Below are positions 23,948 to 35,778 of a DNA stretch of 64,000 bases, one piece after another; position 1 is the first letter of the stretch; each line of letters begins with the position of its first letter. A program made the translations under genes and the position numbers. The stretch spans positions 1 through 64,000 of the forward strand of contig JAUCBJ010006803.1 of the NCBI GenBank assembly GCA_032718475.1. Reading direction: 5' to 3'. The stretch is from Nemertoderma westbladi. Taxonomy: Eukaryota > Animalia > Xenacoelomorpha. The notes below the pieces were generated by a model. It saw only the letters and a list, made by a program, of their open reading frames with translations. It ran no database searches and was not told where the DNA came from.

Positions 23948-25135
23948 TGTTCGCGCTTTCAGACCTTTGGCAGTTTAACCCGCCAAATTAGGATGTCTTC
24001 TAGATAATAAATCGCTTTAGCCTCTAACAAGTATTTGATTCACTACACTAGTTGAAACCAATCTGTGCGCGATCATTCACCCGTTGGATATACCCGGGAG
24101 ATTGATTTCGACAGCTTAATCGTATTGCTATGTAAGCCTAATGTATTATTCGACTGACAGTATTATATAATCTCTGACAATATTATTCACCTTCGGGGAA
24201 TATTAACAGTTCCTTTAGGACGTGGCGCTCTATCTATATAAACAGAGTTATGACTTAAACTACTCACAACGATATGGCTTAGTTACAATTCACATATATG
24301 GCGCATTCTTTAGGAAATGCTTCGTTATCAGTCTCACTCATACACAATGCTGCACAATACTGCACACTAATCTGCCGATCTTCACTGATTTTAGTCACAT
24401 ATAAAAGGAACACGGACCGAATCATGTAGGGTCTATCAAATAACATTAGATTCACTTCAAACCACTTTAACATAAGTCACAATTGTTATATGTAACCCTT
24501 CTCTCTTACCTTCGGTATATCAAGAATATTGGGTTTCGGGGTTATTTATCGTTATTCCAAATATAATAATTCATCAACCATATTATGAAGAACTGACAGT
24601 AAATAGCAGTATAACAATATAAAGTATGCACAGGTTGTTTGATTAGGTATGGTATGTTATGTTGTGATAAATGCAGATAACGGATATATGTCCTTATAAT
24701 TAAGCCTACTAGTGTAGGGCTAAAGCCGTTCTTCCTGGCTTAGAATCACCAACAACACTAAAAACTGATAAGAATAACTATAAGAATACCAGCTACCCTT
24801 ATTCTACAAAGATCTCACCCACCACAGAGAATGAGCATACAGATAGGAAATTCAGTTCAGTAGATCTGTGATAGGTCAAAATCAAAACCAACTCAAATCC
24901 TATTGGCAGATACAGAAAGCAGGGCTATGGGGCAACGTGGCAATATCAGCCGTTAGCCGTCGTCATGGTAGCGACACTGTTTTCAAGAGTATCGAGCTTT
25001 TACGTCACGAAATTGAAGATTATGTCCTCTAAAGTACAAATACAGAAGAAATGGCTTTTATGTCCTCCAAAACACCAGTACAGCAAGGACACTTTACGGG
25101 GATAATAACCGGCTAATTACGCAAAAGCTTTTACA
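23948..25135 (-). repeat. Inner element 3' LTR (1188 bp)
   Basis: Matches 35779-37002 apart from a 36-bp deletion and one substitution that I noticed. Preceded on the minus strand by GGGAGCGG (25136-25143). Confidence 0.93.
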
Positions 25136-25164
25136 CCGCTCCCAGAAAATGGGATTTAAGTCTA

Positions 25165-26545
25165 TAAAATATAACAAATCACAGTTTCTAAAATATAAAG
25201 ATACTCTAAACAGTTAGTCTTTCTTACGCAGACGGCGTTTACGCAGTTTTTTTGAGGCTAGCAAGAGTCCTTTTCTCTTTGGGGCGAGCCACTTTACTAG
25301 GAGGGCTATAAATCCTGGGTGAAGGGTGCAATATGATTGTATCAGAAGGTGTAGGATTATGGTCGGGGTATCCGCCGTTTCGATATGCTTCTCCTCGAGC
25401 TGATTTTCCTCCGCTCGTAGCTGGATACGTTCATCCAAAACTCTCGCAGAGAATAGGGTTTTCTAAGCTTGATATCTTCTTAGAGATTCGAGATTTCCCA
25501 ATCGAACTGAGATAAGGCCAATTCGTTTATCGATTGGACTTACTGTTATAACTTACGTTTATCTGAACAAACGCAGGTTTCTTTTTTGATCTTTATAGAA
25601 TAGCGTTTAACTCGTTTCGTACAACGCTCTCCTTCACCTTGATGAAGGGTTGTATCGCGTTAAACGGGAACGACCATACGGTTGGATAGTGATATTAGGT
25701 GTCCGCGTCACAATCCGGCTAGGTAAGATGGGCGGCTAGCTAGAAATCACTATCGGAGTGTTACCGATTAATTGTTAGGGTAGCACTAGATCTTTGAACA
25801 GTGAATACAGTCCGCGAGGATCCGCGACACCACCAGGATCGCAGGTCTGAGGTCCAACTAAGGAATGAGGAGGTTTGACCGAGTATTCCGGGACTCTGAT
25901 CGTAGGTTTACTCCAGGATCGTTCGAGCCGAGTGAGCATAGGTGATACGTCAAACAAGTTTGGCTCGAAACTCCAATAAATATAACGAGCACAACTGTGT
26001 TTAACACAACGTTTCCGTGGATGTTTATGTCTTTCCGTTTATTAGTTGGGTCTAGGGCATTTATCGTAATAATACCAAAGACGCACGTCTGGTAGGGGAA
26101 ACGCGGGTGATATTTATTTGTTGTTACAATGCTTCTATCAAGAATTCCAAATATACGTTGGAGTTACCGCGTTTATTTGTTTCTTTAGTGTCTTTTCTTT
26201 CGAGTCGATTTCGAATAGAATTTTCGCATTCGAAATTCAGTTTATGGTTCCGACTCCGCTGGGCAGGATATATAGTCGACATAGTCCGTATTGTGTAAAT
26301 CGATAGGATGACCAGTAGTTAAGAAGCCCATATACGTACCATTACGCTGCGTATATCGAGCAGCGAATTTTCTATAGTCCAACTCGCGCGAGCTGCTCTT
26401 GGGACATTGGCGGTTCGATATAACGACCATCGTCCTCTGCAGCAGTTGGACTAACGTCGCCGCGTATTAAGCTATCAACAAACGCTTGTAAAAGTAGAGT
26501 ATATCGCTCCCCGATACCAAGACCATCTTCTATCAACTCCGTCAT
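25165..26545 (-). pseudogene. Degenerate second ORF of inner element, unknown product
   Basis: Fragments MTELIEDGLG..., FDVSPML... and DERIQLRAEENQ... are collinear with 44157-45723. Confidence 0.55.
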
Positions 26546-28200
26546 ATCTGCTATATATGAGTTTATCCATATTATAATGAGTTTATATTTAGGCGAGCGG
26601 GCGTCGCTGCCTACCCCAATCAACCCCCGGACAGTACGAGATCCTCAGCGCCGATGTGTCGTCGCCACTGTACTTTCGCCAACGACGTAGCCGCACAATG
26701 ACAACGACAACCGGCACAAGTCACTCGACTGTCCGTCCCAAAGGCTTAGATACACCTCAGGTTCTTACTGGAGAGTTAGGGTTACTTTCACAATTGCGAC
26801 TCGCTACTGTAAACACACCTTAGTAGTAACATTCGCCTATAAACTCACAAATACCACACACACAACTTGTCACAAATTACACACACTCGGGTCACTTGTC
26901 CGTTAGTCAATGCCTTCCAGAATGTCACTGTATTATTATGTATCCTTGGATACTATCAGTGCACTATTTATTCCCTATGCTATTCAATGGGACAAGCTTT
27001 CTATTGTTCTCTTAACTCAATTCTAATTCTAGCGTGGTTGTTGCTATGGTGACATTATGTAAAGCTAGCGGTAGAATTAGGGTAATTCCAATGCATACAG
27101 ATCTGGGATGTTATTTAATAGTAATTCTTTAATAGTCAATGTCCTGTTTTATACATGACTTTATGAATTTTATCGGCTATTGACTATGTTTGGGAGACTT
27201 CGCACACTCATACTCATAATAAGATAAATCTCCGCTCCCTTGATCTATTAATTAATGGAATTTTGGGAATGTTATAAATTGCGTAAAAATGGCAATTTAT
27301 TAAATTCATTAAAAGGCATGAATTTAAATTTATTCCCTGAAATTTTATTATTTGATAATTAAATTGACATATTTTGATTCTAGAACATGTCTGGGGACAC
27401 AAGATCCTTAATTCTATGACAATTGTCTTTTTAAGAATATCGGTAAATGCTACGATATCTTAATTGACTAGAATTGTTGAAGGATCTGAATTTTACAGAT
27501 TTTGATTTATTAGATTTGCAAATATTAAATAATTAATATTTGAGATGGGCACCAATTTATTCCAGAACTTGTCTGGGGACGTTAACCACTGATTCTAAAA
27601 TTTGTCTTTCAAGTATATCGGTGGGTGCCGCGATATCTTAATCGACTAGAATTACAGATGGTCAAAAGGTTTAACAGATTTATGTGCGTTTTACGCTACT
27701 GTTAGAGGGACATCACGCTACTATATGTATTATTATATACGGTATGAGAGCAATATCGCACGAAGCAATGTCAGTGTGAAGAGGCAAGTCGTTTCCAAGG
27801 TCTACCCAGAGCTTGGTTTAGCCGAGACACGAGGATCTGAACTTTGCATTCCTAATACTCTGCCTACCAATAATACTTAAATATAGTAGTGGCTTTATTG
27901 TACTTTAATAAGTACGGACATTTCATCTTACTGTAGTCACGTATTTATAATATGATACGGACAGTAAGGAAAGAGGAAAAGAATTATTTCTTGCCGTCGC
28001 ATTAAATATAATATATACGTAATTAAGTAATAAACGCGAATATATATTGCACTAATCTACTAAATAATCGCTAAAATAACATTCTACTGAATAAAATTAA
28101 AGAAAACGATTATAATAAAATTACATAGTAATACATACAGAAATATAAAAATAATAAAATAATATAAAATAAAAGAGTCACACACCCACTCCATATGTTG

Positions 28201-31200
28201 TTACGTTATGGAGTCCCTAGATGTTTGAAGGATTAGGGAGGTGGTCGTGGGAAGAGAATCTTGCCTTCCACAGTTTCCGGAGAGTCCTCCATTCCCTTCC
28301 GGTAAACACAAACGACCGACTGGGTGATTGAGTCGCTGCATCCCGAATACAATTCCAGGTTTCCTCTTCATCCTGGAATAGTGACGATAGAAGCATCGCT
28401 CTAAGTACACGACGGCCTTACAAAGCCGATTCCAGGAGCTATAGTGGTCCGTCGCTCCCTGCAGGAGAGGTGAGAGTCCCTGCGAGACGTCTGATGTTCC
28501 AGAGCTCCAATCGCTCTCTCTGATCTTCATGAAGGATCCACTCGCGGTGGGGAGGTCCAGATCCACGGCGTCGTCCCTGGCAATATGTAATACCGACAGA
28601 TCTATCCCGGGTTCAAATAACTCCGCTCCACCCGTCCGGGTTTTAGGTTTAACTTTCTCCGCTCCCTTGGCTGGTCTAATCTCAGTCGGAGTAAGATGGG
28701 GAGGCCATTCATCCTCCTTACTCAGGAAGTCGGGTTCACCTAACCGGTCTGTAGTATCTGTCAGTTCTTGAGGAGTTGCTCCTCTGGAAGCGATGTCAGT
28801 TGGATTAAACTTCTTGGGGCAATATCTCCATTGATCTACATTGGAGCTAATATCGTCATTATCTGAGGAGTATGGTGTTCCCTCAGTTGGGTCGTCTCCC
28901 TCACTAGTATCATCTTCCCATTCACTCACCTGGCAGACGCGATCTTGAAGCAGTCTTTCTCTGAGCGTTCTACGGGAAGGTCCAGTAAGGTACCAACCTA
29001 CTCTAGTTCTTACCGCATAGGTCTGAAGTGGTTGCGGTTGAGTAGGTCGTTTCTCTAATGTCTCCAGCGCCTCATGCGCGTTTTGACCGATTAATATTTG
29101 TACTCCAGGATAATCGGTGTCGAATCTAGGGATGTTAAGTTGTTGCGCATGATCATCTTCGTCCCAATTATAAGGTTCCACTTGGGTGGTAGCGAAGTTC
29201 TTTATTGCCACCATTTTTACTGACCTTATACTGTATTCTCCTAGTTTATCCTGTGGAGTGGACAACTCACCTATATAATAGTCGGCAGCTACAGTAGAAT
29301 TCCAAACCTGCATGATCCCTGACATGTTTAGCTTGGTTCGGAACTTGGGTTGTCCAGCAAAGATGACTTCGGCTAGTTCTTTATCGATGAATGTTCCTGT
29401 GCTACCGGAGTCCAGGAGGGCGTTCACTATATAGCTCTTCTGAGGTCCGTGAACCCGTAACTGGACTACAGGAAATTCTCGGATTCCTATATTGGAAGTT
29501 GGCGCTTTCCAAGATGGTTGTTGATCTGAAGTAGTTAGGGTGAGGTCGCTGTCTGTGTCTTTCTCATACATGAGTGCTCGATACACTGCGGTGGTGTTTA
29601 TTAAGTAACAGGATTCGTTTTCGTCGGAGAACTCGTCCGTATAGAATCCTTCCATCTCAGATTGATCAGTGTCGTTCACATCACTGAATTGGACATGTAG
29701 TTCGGACTCACTTACCTGACTCGGGCTGTTTCGTTCGAATTCCGTGTGCAACAAGATATGATGTTTTGCGCCGCACTTCGCACACCTTGCGTCGGAGTAA
29801 CAGGTTCGCCGTTGGTGTCCTCGTCTGAGGCAATTATAACACAACCGCTTATCCCACATGACTTCACGTCTATCCTTTAGTGATTTCCTCAGGAATTTAT
29901 CACACGCATTTAAACGGTGGGGCCCGTCGCACAGCACACATTTCGGCTTGATGTTACTTACTTTAACCTGTGCTATGTGGTGCACACTTGTTCTTTCCTC
30001 GGGCTTTCTCACCTGAATTCTTTTAGGAGACGTAGGAAGGGTTTTTTGTACCGGTTCCCTTCTGTCATTGGGTCGAGACTCGGATTTACTTACCTGATCT
30101 TTAGGCATTTTATTGACATAATAAGATCTGTCAGTGTCTTTCCTGCTGTCCTCTCCTTGAGAAGTTTGGCTTTCACCGTCGTCGGTATAACATACTGGTG
30201 TTACCCTTCTCCTAGAAACGGGTTTCTCACTTACCTTGTTTTCCAATGTCTTCTCTCTGGACTGCCTTAGGAGCTGTAATTTCACTTCTCTATCTAAGAA
30301 TGACATGAGATCAGTCATGGTAGGGTCTCGTCGTTGTTGTTCCATCATATATAACACCTTCTTGCCCCAGCGTGTACCTACTCCACCCTTGGGCAAAGTA
30401 GATGCTAAGGCTCCTACAACCATAGAATTCTGGTATTCATGAGACTTACCTAACCAATCTAGTTGTCTACAGATCTCCTGAATCTCATCGGAAAACTCTA
30501 TAATCCCGCTGCTAAGAAACTTTCGGGGCGCCATTAATTTCGCATATAAATACCTAGCTATGTTAGTCCTATTACCATACCTGATGTTTAGTGTATCCCA
30601 AACTTGTCTTAATCCATCTGGATGTCCAATAAATTTTAACGCCATTGACTTGGGAGATCCTTCCAAGCACTCGATGAGGAATCTAAGTTTCTCTCCATTA
30701 GATAGCACAGAGTTCTGTATGTTATCTTTGTAATATTCATTAAAAGGTAACCATTTCATCTCATCTCCATTGAACTTGACGATCTCTCCCACCTTTACCG
30801 CTTGCCGGGCTTCGGTTCTAGCCATTTGACGCGTAAAACTTTCTTGAGCCATCGTATTATTGAATATAGAATTATCGGTATATAAATTTCTCGGATTATG
30901 ATCAGGTCTATAAGGAATATTATTATCAACAGGTTTATAATTACCCTGAATAGGGTTTACTATAGGAGTTTCTACTTCACTAGCAGTATGGATGCGTGTA
31001 GGCTCCACACCTTGCACATGAAATACTTCAGACCTAACGGGTTGACACATTGTTACAGGGGGTGGTGTTATACCCCTTTGTATGTTCACTAATTTATCGC
31101 ATTCTAACGCGATACTTTGCTGCACCTTTTGCAACTCTAACCTACTTTCCCTTACTGTTCCCTTGAGCTGCTGAACAGTCTCTTCCATTTCCCGGACCTG

Positions 31201-33318
31201 CTGAGAGGAGCACAAACAGTGTTCCCTCAGCTGCTCGAGCAGGAGACCCATCTCCCGTCGTCCCTCAGCTACCCACTCAACCGCCGAAGCGGGAGTCGCC
31301 AACGTTGTAGCGGGCGAGCGAGAGACGACGGGCGATAAATTCTTGATACCTCGCTCGGCGTCCAGGACGGGTTCGGACTCGGGAACAATCCTACTGGGCA
31401 CAGGTAGTTTAGTACTGTGCAAAGGGAATCTAGAGGTGGTTTCTGGGAGCACAGGTGTCTCTAGCACCGAAGGGGTGTCTTCGAGAACAGGCCTAATTAT
31501 TTCAGGCTCATCTGTTATAGTAGGGAGTCTTTCTATTTTAATTATTTGGTCTGTGGGCTCTGTACTACCTAAGTTGGTGTTATTTAGTTGCCTTCTAACA
31601 GCTGGAGGCAAATCAGGCAATTTTTGATGGTGGAATGTTCTTTTACGTCTACTTAGACGAGATCTATTTCCCTTGCCTTCAGTATCGGTGGTATCGCCTT
31701 CCTCAGATGATGTGTATCCCTGTCTTTTGGGAGTAGATCGATTCATCATCTGCATATTACTAGCTGTTAACTGTTTATTTATGCAGTCTTGATTCTCCTG
31801 AATGTTTTCCAATTCTAATTGGGTGGTTTCTTCAGTCGCTCTCCGTTCAGCTTCTGCCACTGCCTCTGTGGCCTTTCTCTCAGCCTCGGCCGCCTTTGCT
31901 TCTGCCGCTGCCGCTGCCGCTGCCGCTGCCGCTGCCGCTGCCGCTTTTGCCTCTGCCGCTGCCGCTGCCGCTTTTGCCTCTGCTGCTGCCTCTGCCGCCT
32001 TTGCCTCTGCCGCTGCCTCTGCCGCCTTTGCCTCTACCGCTGCCGCTTTTGCTTCTGCCGCTGCCGCTGCCGCTTTTGCCTCTGCTGCTGCCTCTGCCGC
32101 TGCCGCTTTTCTTTCTGCTTCTGCAGCTACCACTGCTGCTTTCTTTCTGTCTTCTATACGTTTTTTCTTTACTTGCTCTTCTTGGACTCGTGTGATGCGG
32201 AGTTGTTCATCGAATTTAGCCTGATTCGCAGCCCTCATTTCCACATCGATGGCATCCAACACAAGCTTGGTTCCTTCACTATTAGGGCTAAGTCCCTCTA
32301 ACCTTCTCCTCAACTCGTCATCACCTAAAAAACGTTGATAGTCCGACAGATAGATGTCAATGGCATCCCTCTTATGCGGTTTCTCTGCCGTCGCTTCACT
32401 TTCCACTTGGGAATAAGTAGCGTCTGTTGATTCTCCATGGGTTGAGTGCTCCTCCAGCTGAGCTTTCCACTGAGCTGTTCCTTGAACCTGGCGACTCACC
32501 CGTTGAAACCAAGTTTTTACGGCAACTTGCAACGACGTGTCTTGTCTTCGTTTAGAAGCCTCCTCAAAGGCCGATAATATTAACCTGATTCGTAGAATTC
32601 TTTCTCTTACTTGATAAAGCAGCTGTCCCTGCTCTTGAGGTCCTTGAGGTTGTTGTAACAGTTGTTTTTCTACTCGCTCCATAGAGCTGAAGAATCCCTG
32701 TGCGTATCCGGCTGCGGACCTCTTCCACACAGCTGGATCGATGGTTTCCTCGGCTACTCCCATCCGGTGTATGTCTTCCCAGGCAGCTTCGGATAAATCA
32801 AACGGGAGTCCGGGTCCGGGAAAGTTCCATTGCGACTCGACCATGGACTTCAGTTCTTCCCTTGTGTATCCAGCATAACTATCTCTAGTTGAACGCTGGC
32901 TTCTCGCCCAATCGATCTGGTGTTCTTCCACAGCGATCAATAACCTAGTGAGTACGGCTGCAGGAAGGATGAGAAGGGGATCTGAATAAGCCTCATCCGT
33001 CATCCTTGCTCCGCGTTCGGGTGTCAGCTCTGCAGTATCTTCACTACTGGAGCTGTTGAGCCGCTGAGAAATAAGTTCTTGGCTCGCGGGTTGTTGCTGT
33101 TCCGCTGCTTCTTGGTTCCGCTTGACCTGAGCTCGAGTGCCTATGACAGACCTACGATGTTGGACCAGCCTAGGTTCTTTTATTACTACTGGAGGGATGA
33201 CCTTCCTCACAGTGGGAGGTGAACTGAACTTACGACCAGACGGTTCTACGTCTCTATCTGAGTCGCAGATAGTTACATCTAATAAACTGTCTGACAGGTT
33301 CTGCTTAGTATCAGACAT
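28201..33318 (-). CDS. BEL/Pao Gag-protease polyprotein (1705 aa) without RT/RNase H core/integrase
   Basis: DUF1759-type capsid region (KFNGD...W..F, EKLRFL...LEG, L..RYG), three Cys/His knuckles (C..C...H....C, CYNCLRRGH....C, CAKCGAKHHILLH), protease ALLDSGS, RTRVGWYLTGP, then only the NP.D..SRG and SSW.RL remnants of pol. Confidence 0.9.
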   Translation of the reverse strand: MSDTKQNLSDSLLDVTICDSDRDVEPSGRKFSSPPTVRKVIPPVVIKEPRLVQHRRSVIGTRAQVKRNQEAAEQQQPASQELISQRLNSSSSEDTAELTPERGARMTDEAYSDPLLILPAAVLTRLLIAVEEHQIDWARSQRSTRDSYAGYTREELKSMVESQWNFPGPGLPFDLSEAAWEDIHRMGVAEETIDPAVWKRSAAGYAQGFFSSMERVEKQLLQQPQGPQEQGQLLYQVRERILRIRLILSAFEEASKRRQDTSLQVAVKTWFQRVSRQVQGTAQWKAQLEEHSTHGESTDATYSQVESEATAEKPHKRDAIDIYLSDYQRFLGDDELRRRLEGLSPNSEGTKLVLDAIDVEMRAANQAKFDEQLRITRVQEEQVKKKRIEDRKKAAVVAAEAERKAAAAEAAAEAKAAAAAAEAKAAAVEAKAAEAAAEAKAAEAAAEAKAAAAAAEAKAAAAAAAAAAAAAAEAKAAEAERKATEAVAEAERRATEETTQLELENIQENQDCINKQLTASNMQMMNRSTPKRQGYTSSEEGDTTDTEGKGNRSRLSRRKRTFHHQKLPDLPPAVRRQLNNTNLGSTEPTDQIIKIERLPTITDEPEIIRPVLEDTPSVLETPVLPETTSRFPLHSTKLPVPSRIVPESEPVLDAERGIKNLSPVVSRSPATTLATPASAVEWVAEGRREMGLLLEQLREHCLCSSQQVREMEETVQQLKGTVRESRLELQKVQQSIALECDKLVNIQRGITPPPVTMCQPVRSEVFHVQGVEPTRIHTASEVETPIVNPIQGNYKPVDNNIPYRPDHNPRNLYTDNSIFNNTMAQESFTRQMARTEARQAVKVGEIVKFNGDEMKWLPFNEYYKDNIQNSVLSNGEKLRFLIECLEGSPKSMALKFIGHPDGLRQVWDTLNIRYGNRTNIARYLYAKLMAPRKFLSSGIIEFSDEIQEICRQLDWLGKSHEYQNSMVVGALASTLPKGGVGTRWGKKVLYMMEQQRRDPTMTDLMSFLDREVKLQLLRQSREKTLENKVSEKPVSRRRVTPVCYTDDGESQTSQGEDSRKDTDRSYYVNKMPKDQVSKSESRPNDRREPVQKTLPTSPKRIQVRKPEERTSVHHIAQVKVSNIKPKCVLCDGPHRLNACDKFLRKSLKDRREVMWDKRLCYNCLRRGHQRRTCYSDARCAKCGAKHHILLHTEFERNSPSQVSESELHVQFSDVNDTDQSEMEGFYTDEFSDENESCYLINTTAVYRALMYEKDTDSDLTLTTSDQQPSWKAPTSNIGIREFPVVQLRVHGPQKSYIVNALLDSGSTGTFIDKELAEVIFAGQPKFRTKLNMSGIMQVWNSTVAADYYIGELSTPQDKLGEYSIRSVKMVAIKNFATTQVEPYNWDEDDHAQQLNIPRFDTDYPGVQILIGQNAHEALETLEKRPTQPQPLQTYAVRTRVGWYLTGPSRRTLRERLLQDRVCQVSEWEDDTSEGDDPTEGTPYSSDNDDISSNVDQWRYCPKKFNPTDIASRGATPQELTDTTDRLGEPDFLSKEDEWPPHLTPTEIRPAKGAEKVKPKTRTGGAELFEPGIDLSVLHIARDDAVDLDLPTASGSFMKIRESDWSSGTSDVSQGLSPLLQGATDHYSSWNRLCKAVVYLERCFYRHYSRMKRKPGIVFGMQRLNHPVGRLCLPEGNGGLSGNCGRQDSLPTTTSLILQTSRDSIT

Positions 33319-33454
33319 GTCTACGTATACCGTTGAATGTCTACTGCTGTATTACAGTCTGAGCAAGTCTAGTAACTCAGTATTAACTGCTAGCCTAGTA
33401 ATTAATTACCGATACTGCTACTCAGTGTAGTAGGATATATATATAATATATTAG

Positions 33455-33832
33455 AGCACCGGTATGCTTATAGTATATATAACTATATAAGTTTTATTAC
33501 AGACTAGGTTTATCGCAGAATACCGGTATAATTTTAGCACAAATATATATAAATATATAATAGGCCTATCGGGAATACCGGTATACAGCTTACAGTTTGT
33601 AGTATATATAATTCTGGACTAGAATTAATTATAAAGTACCGGTATAATTTCAGCCTAAATTTATAGAAATAAAGATAATAGGCCTATCGTAAATACCGGT
33701 ATGCAGTTTACACTTATAGTGTATATATATAAGTATAATTACAAACTAAAATTAATTACAGAATACCGGTATGATTTCAACCTAAAATTTATAGAAATAA
33801 ATATAATAAGCCTATTGTAAATACCGGTATAT
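33455..33832 (-). repeat. ~120-bp tandem leader repeats with ATACCGGTAT palindromes
   Basis: About three units just upstream of the gag ATG, mirrored at ~37345-37715 in the outer element. Confidence 0.75.
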
Positions 33833-35767
33833 CAATTATTTTAAATAATTGAATTTCTGAACTTTAGGGTTACTTGGTTACTTTACTTACTTTATTACCG
33901 CTATTTGAGCAGTAGTCCAACTGATATTGAGACCTAATGGTTGTGTGGTAGGCCTACTATTTATAAATCGTTAGATTTGATTTATAATATATATATACCC
34001 GTTTTAATGGGTTTTGTCAATGTTTGAAATAAATGTTATTATTTCTGGGGAGTAATCACTACACAAAGCGGTGCGCTTTCAGTGAAGTGTTACTTATAGG
34101 ACACTAAAACAAATAATTCTAATTTACCTAAGTTACTTAATACTACAAATTACGTACAAATCGGGTGAGATTACAATCTCTAAATAAACACAAAAAATTT
34201 ACAAAAAACACAAAATACGAATTTTCAGGGTAATTTTACAAGAAGTCTACAAACCAGCCTAACAAAGGGTTAGAAATCTGGTTATTACAACGGACAGGGT
34301 ACTACGGTATTTGAAAATAATAAGTAGTAGTAAATACACTGCGTTGTCCAGATAGGAAAATACCACCGCCTGACGACCTACAGCCGTATCGCTATAGGTA
34401 CTACGTTATGTATCACGGAGTGTTCCTACCTAGAAGTTAATAGAGCTAATCGAACGTGCCTATCAACCACTTTACAACACAAATATAATGCCTACACTAA
34501 TTACTTTCGGAAAGTACTGTACACTAAACCCTAAATTAGGTACAAGTACTTGTATAACAAATAATTAGTAGTTAAAAATACTTGAACAGCTAAAAGAACC
34601 ACGGCATCTGCTGGAGTGACCGGTGCACAAAATCACCAGTCTTTACCTACGCCAAGCAGCCCGTGTAGTACCGGGGTTAATTTAACTATAACGGTATGTA
34701 TAACAAACACAATTACTGTAGGAATAAACTTGGGGAATGAATGTTGCGAATAATCGCATAAACTCTGAATAATAGATATTACGCTACGCGTACAAACTAC
34801 TCAAACAAAATGCAGACCAAATACTGACAGACTACCATCAAGCCTAAACAAACTACGGTATATGCAGACTCCGAAATGATTAAGTAGTATGCGTTCTAAC
34901 CCAGTAGTACGACTTATTCTTTAGATGGGGGTTTACCTTACAGCGATGGCTGCCCCTACTTCCTAACCGTTCTTTATCGGACAGATGCTTTGCACACACC
35001 GAAATTTCCTCAAACCCAACAACAGCCAGACAACTATCCAGCCTACAAATTATCTAAATAAAATTATACGCTACCTGTACCGACTACACAAACAAAGTAC
35101 AGACTAAACGATGGCAGACTACTCTCAAGCCCAAATAAACTACAGGACATGCAGACTCCGAAATGATTAAGTAGTATGCGTTCTAACCCAGTAGTACGAC
35201 TTATTCTTTAGATGGGGGTTTACCTTACCGCTATGGCTGCCCCTACTTCCTAACCGTTCTTTATCGGACATACACTCTACATGCACTGTAATCCGTTCAG
35301 ACCTAATCAACAGTTAGCCAACAGTCAAGCCTACAAATTATCTGTACAATCTGAGCAGGCTTACACGCCCTCTGCTCAATACTGGCCTACAAATAAATAA
35401 AACTTGACAGAAACAAGTAAACTATACAAAAGAATGAGGGGTGATCAATCCCTATTCCCCTGGCAGCCTACAGTATACAATAGATCACATCGAATAATAC
35501 TAATGTACTTATACGGGAAGTACCGGTTAGGACAGTTAGGCCTACGGACCTACAGAAGTACCGGTTCTGGCAGTTGGACCTACGGGCCTACAGCAGTACC
35601 GGTTCTGGCAGTTGGGCCTACTGACCTACAGATGTACCGTTCAGGTTTACCGGTTGACCGGTACTTTCAACTTTATTGCTTACTGCAATAAAGAAGCTAT
35701 ATCCGTTATTGTTCTTACCAGAACAATATTAAACTGTATTTAATGCCTACACTGCAATACAGACTAA

Positions 35768-35778
35768 ATATCCGTTAT
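35768..35778 (-). promoter_or_regulatory. Non-tRNA primer-binding site candidate, inner element (ATAACGGATAT)
   Basis: Directly follows the 5' LTR end on the minus strand. Exact complement of minus-strand ATATCCGTTAT at 36508-36518 (also 24677-24687). Confidence 0.7.

Noticed and set aside
24222-24473. Identical small ORFs repeated at 36053-36304
   Set aside because: Chance ORFs duplicated because they lie in the LTRs.
31802-32301. Poly-Pro/Leu and Cys/Arg-rich ORFs (also 38865-39263)
   Set aside because: Antisense shadows of the Ala-rich Gag repeat.
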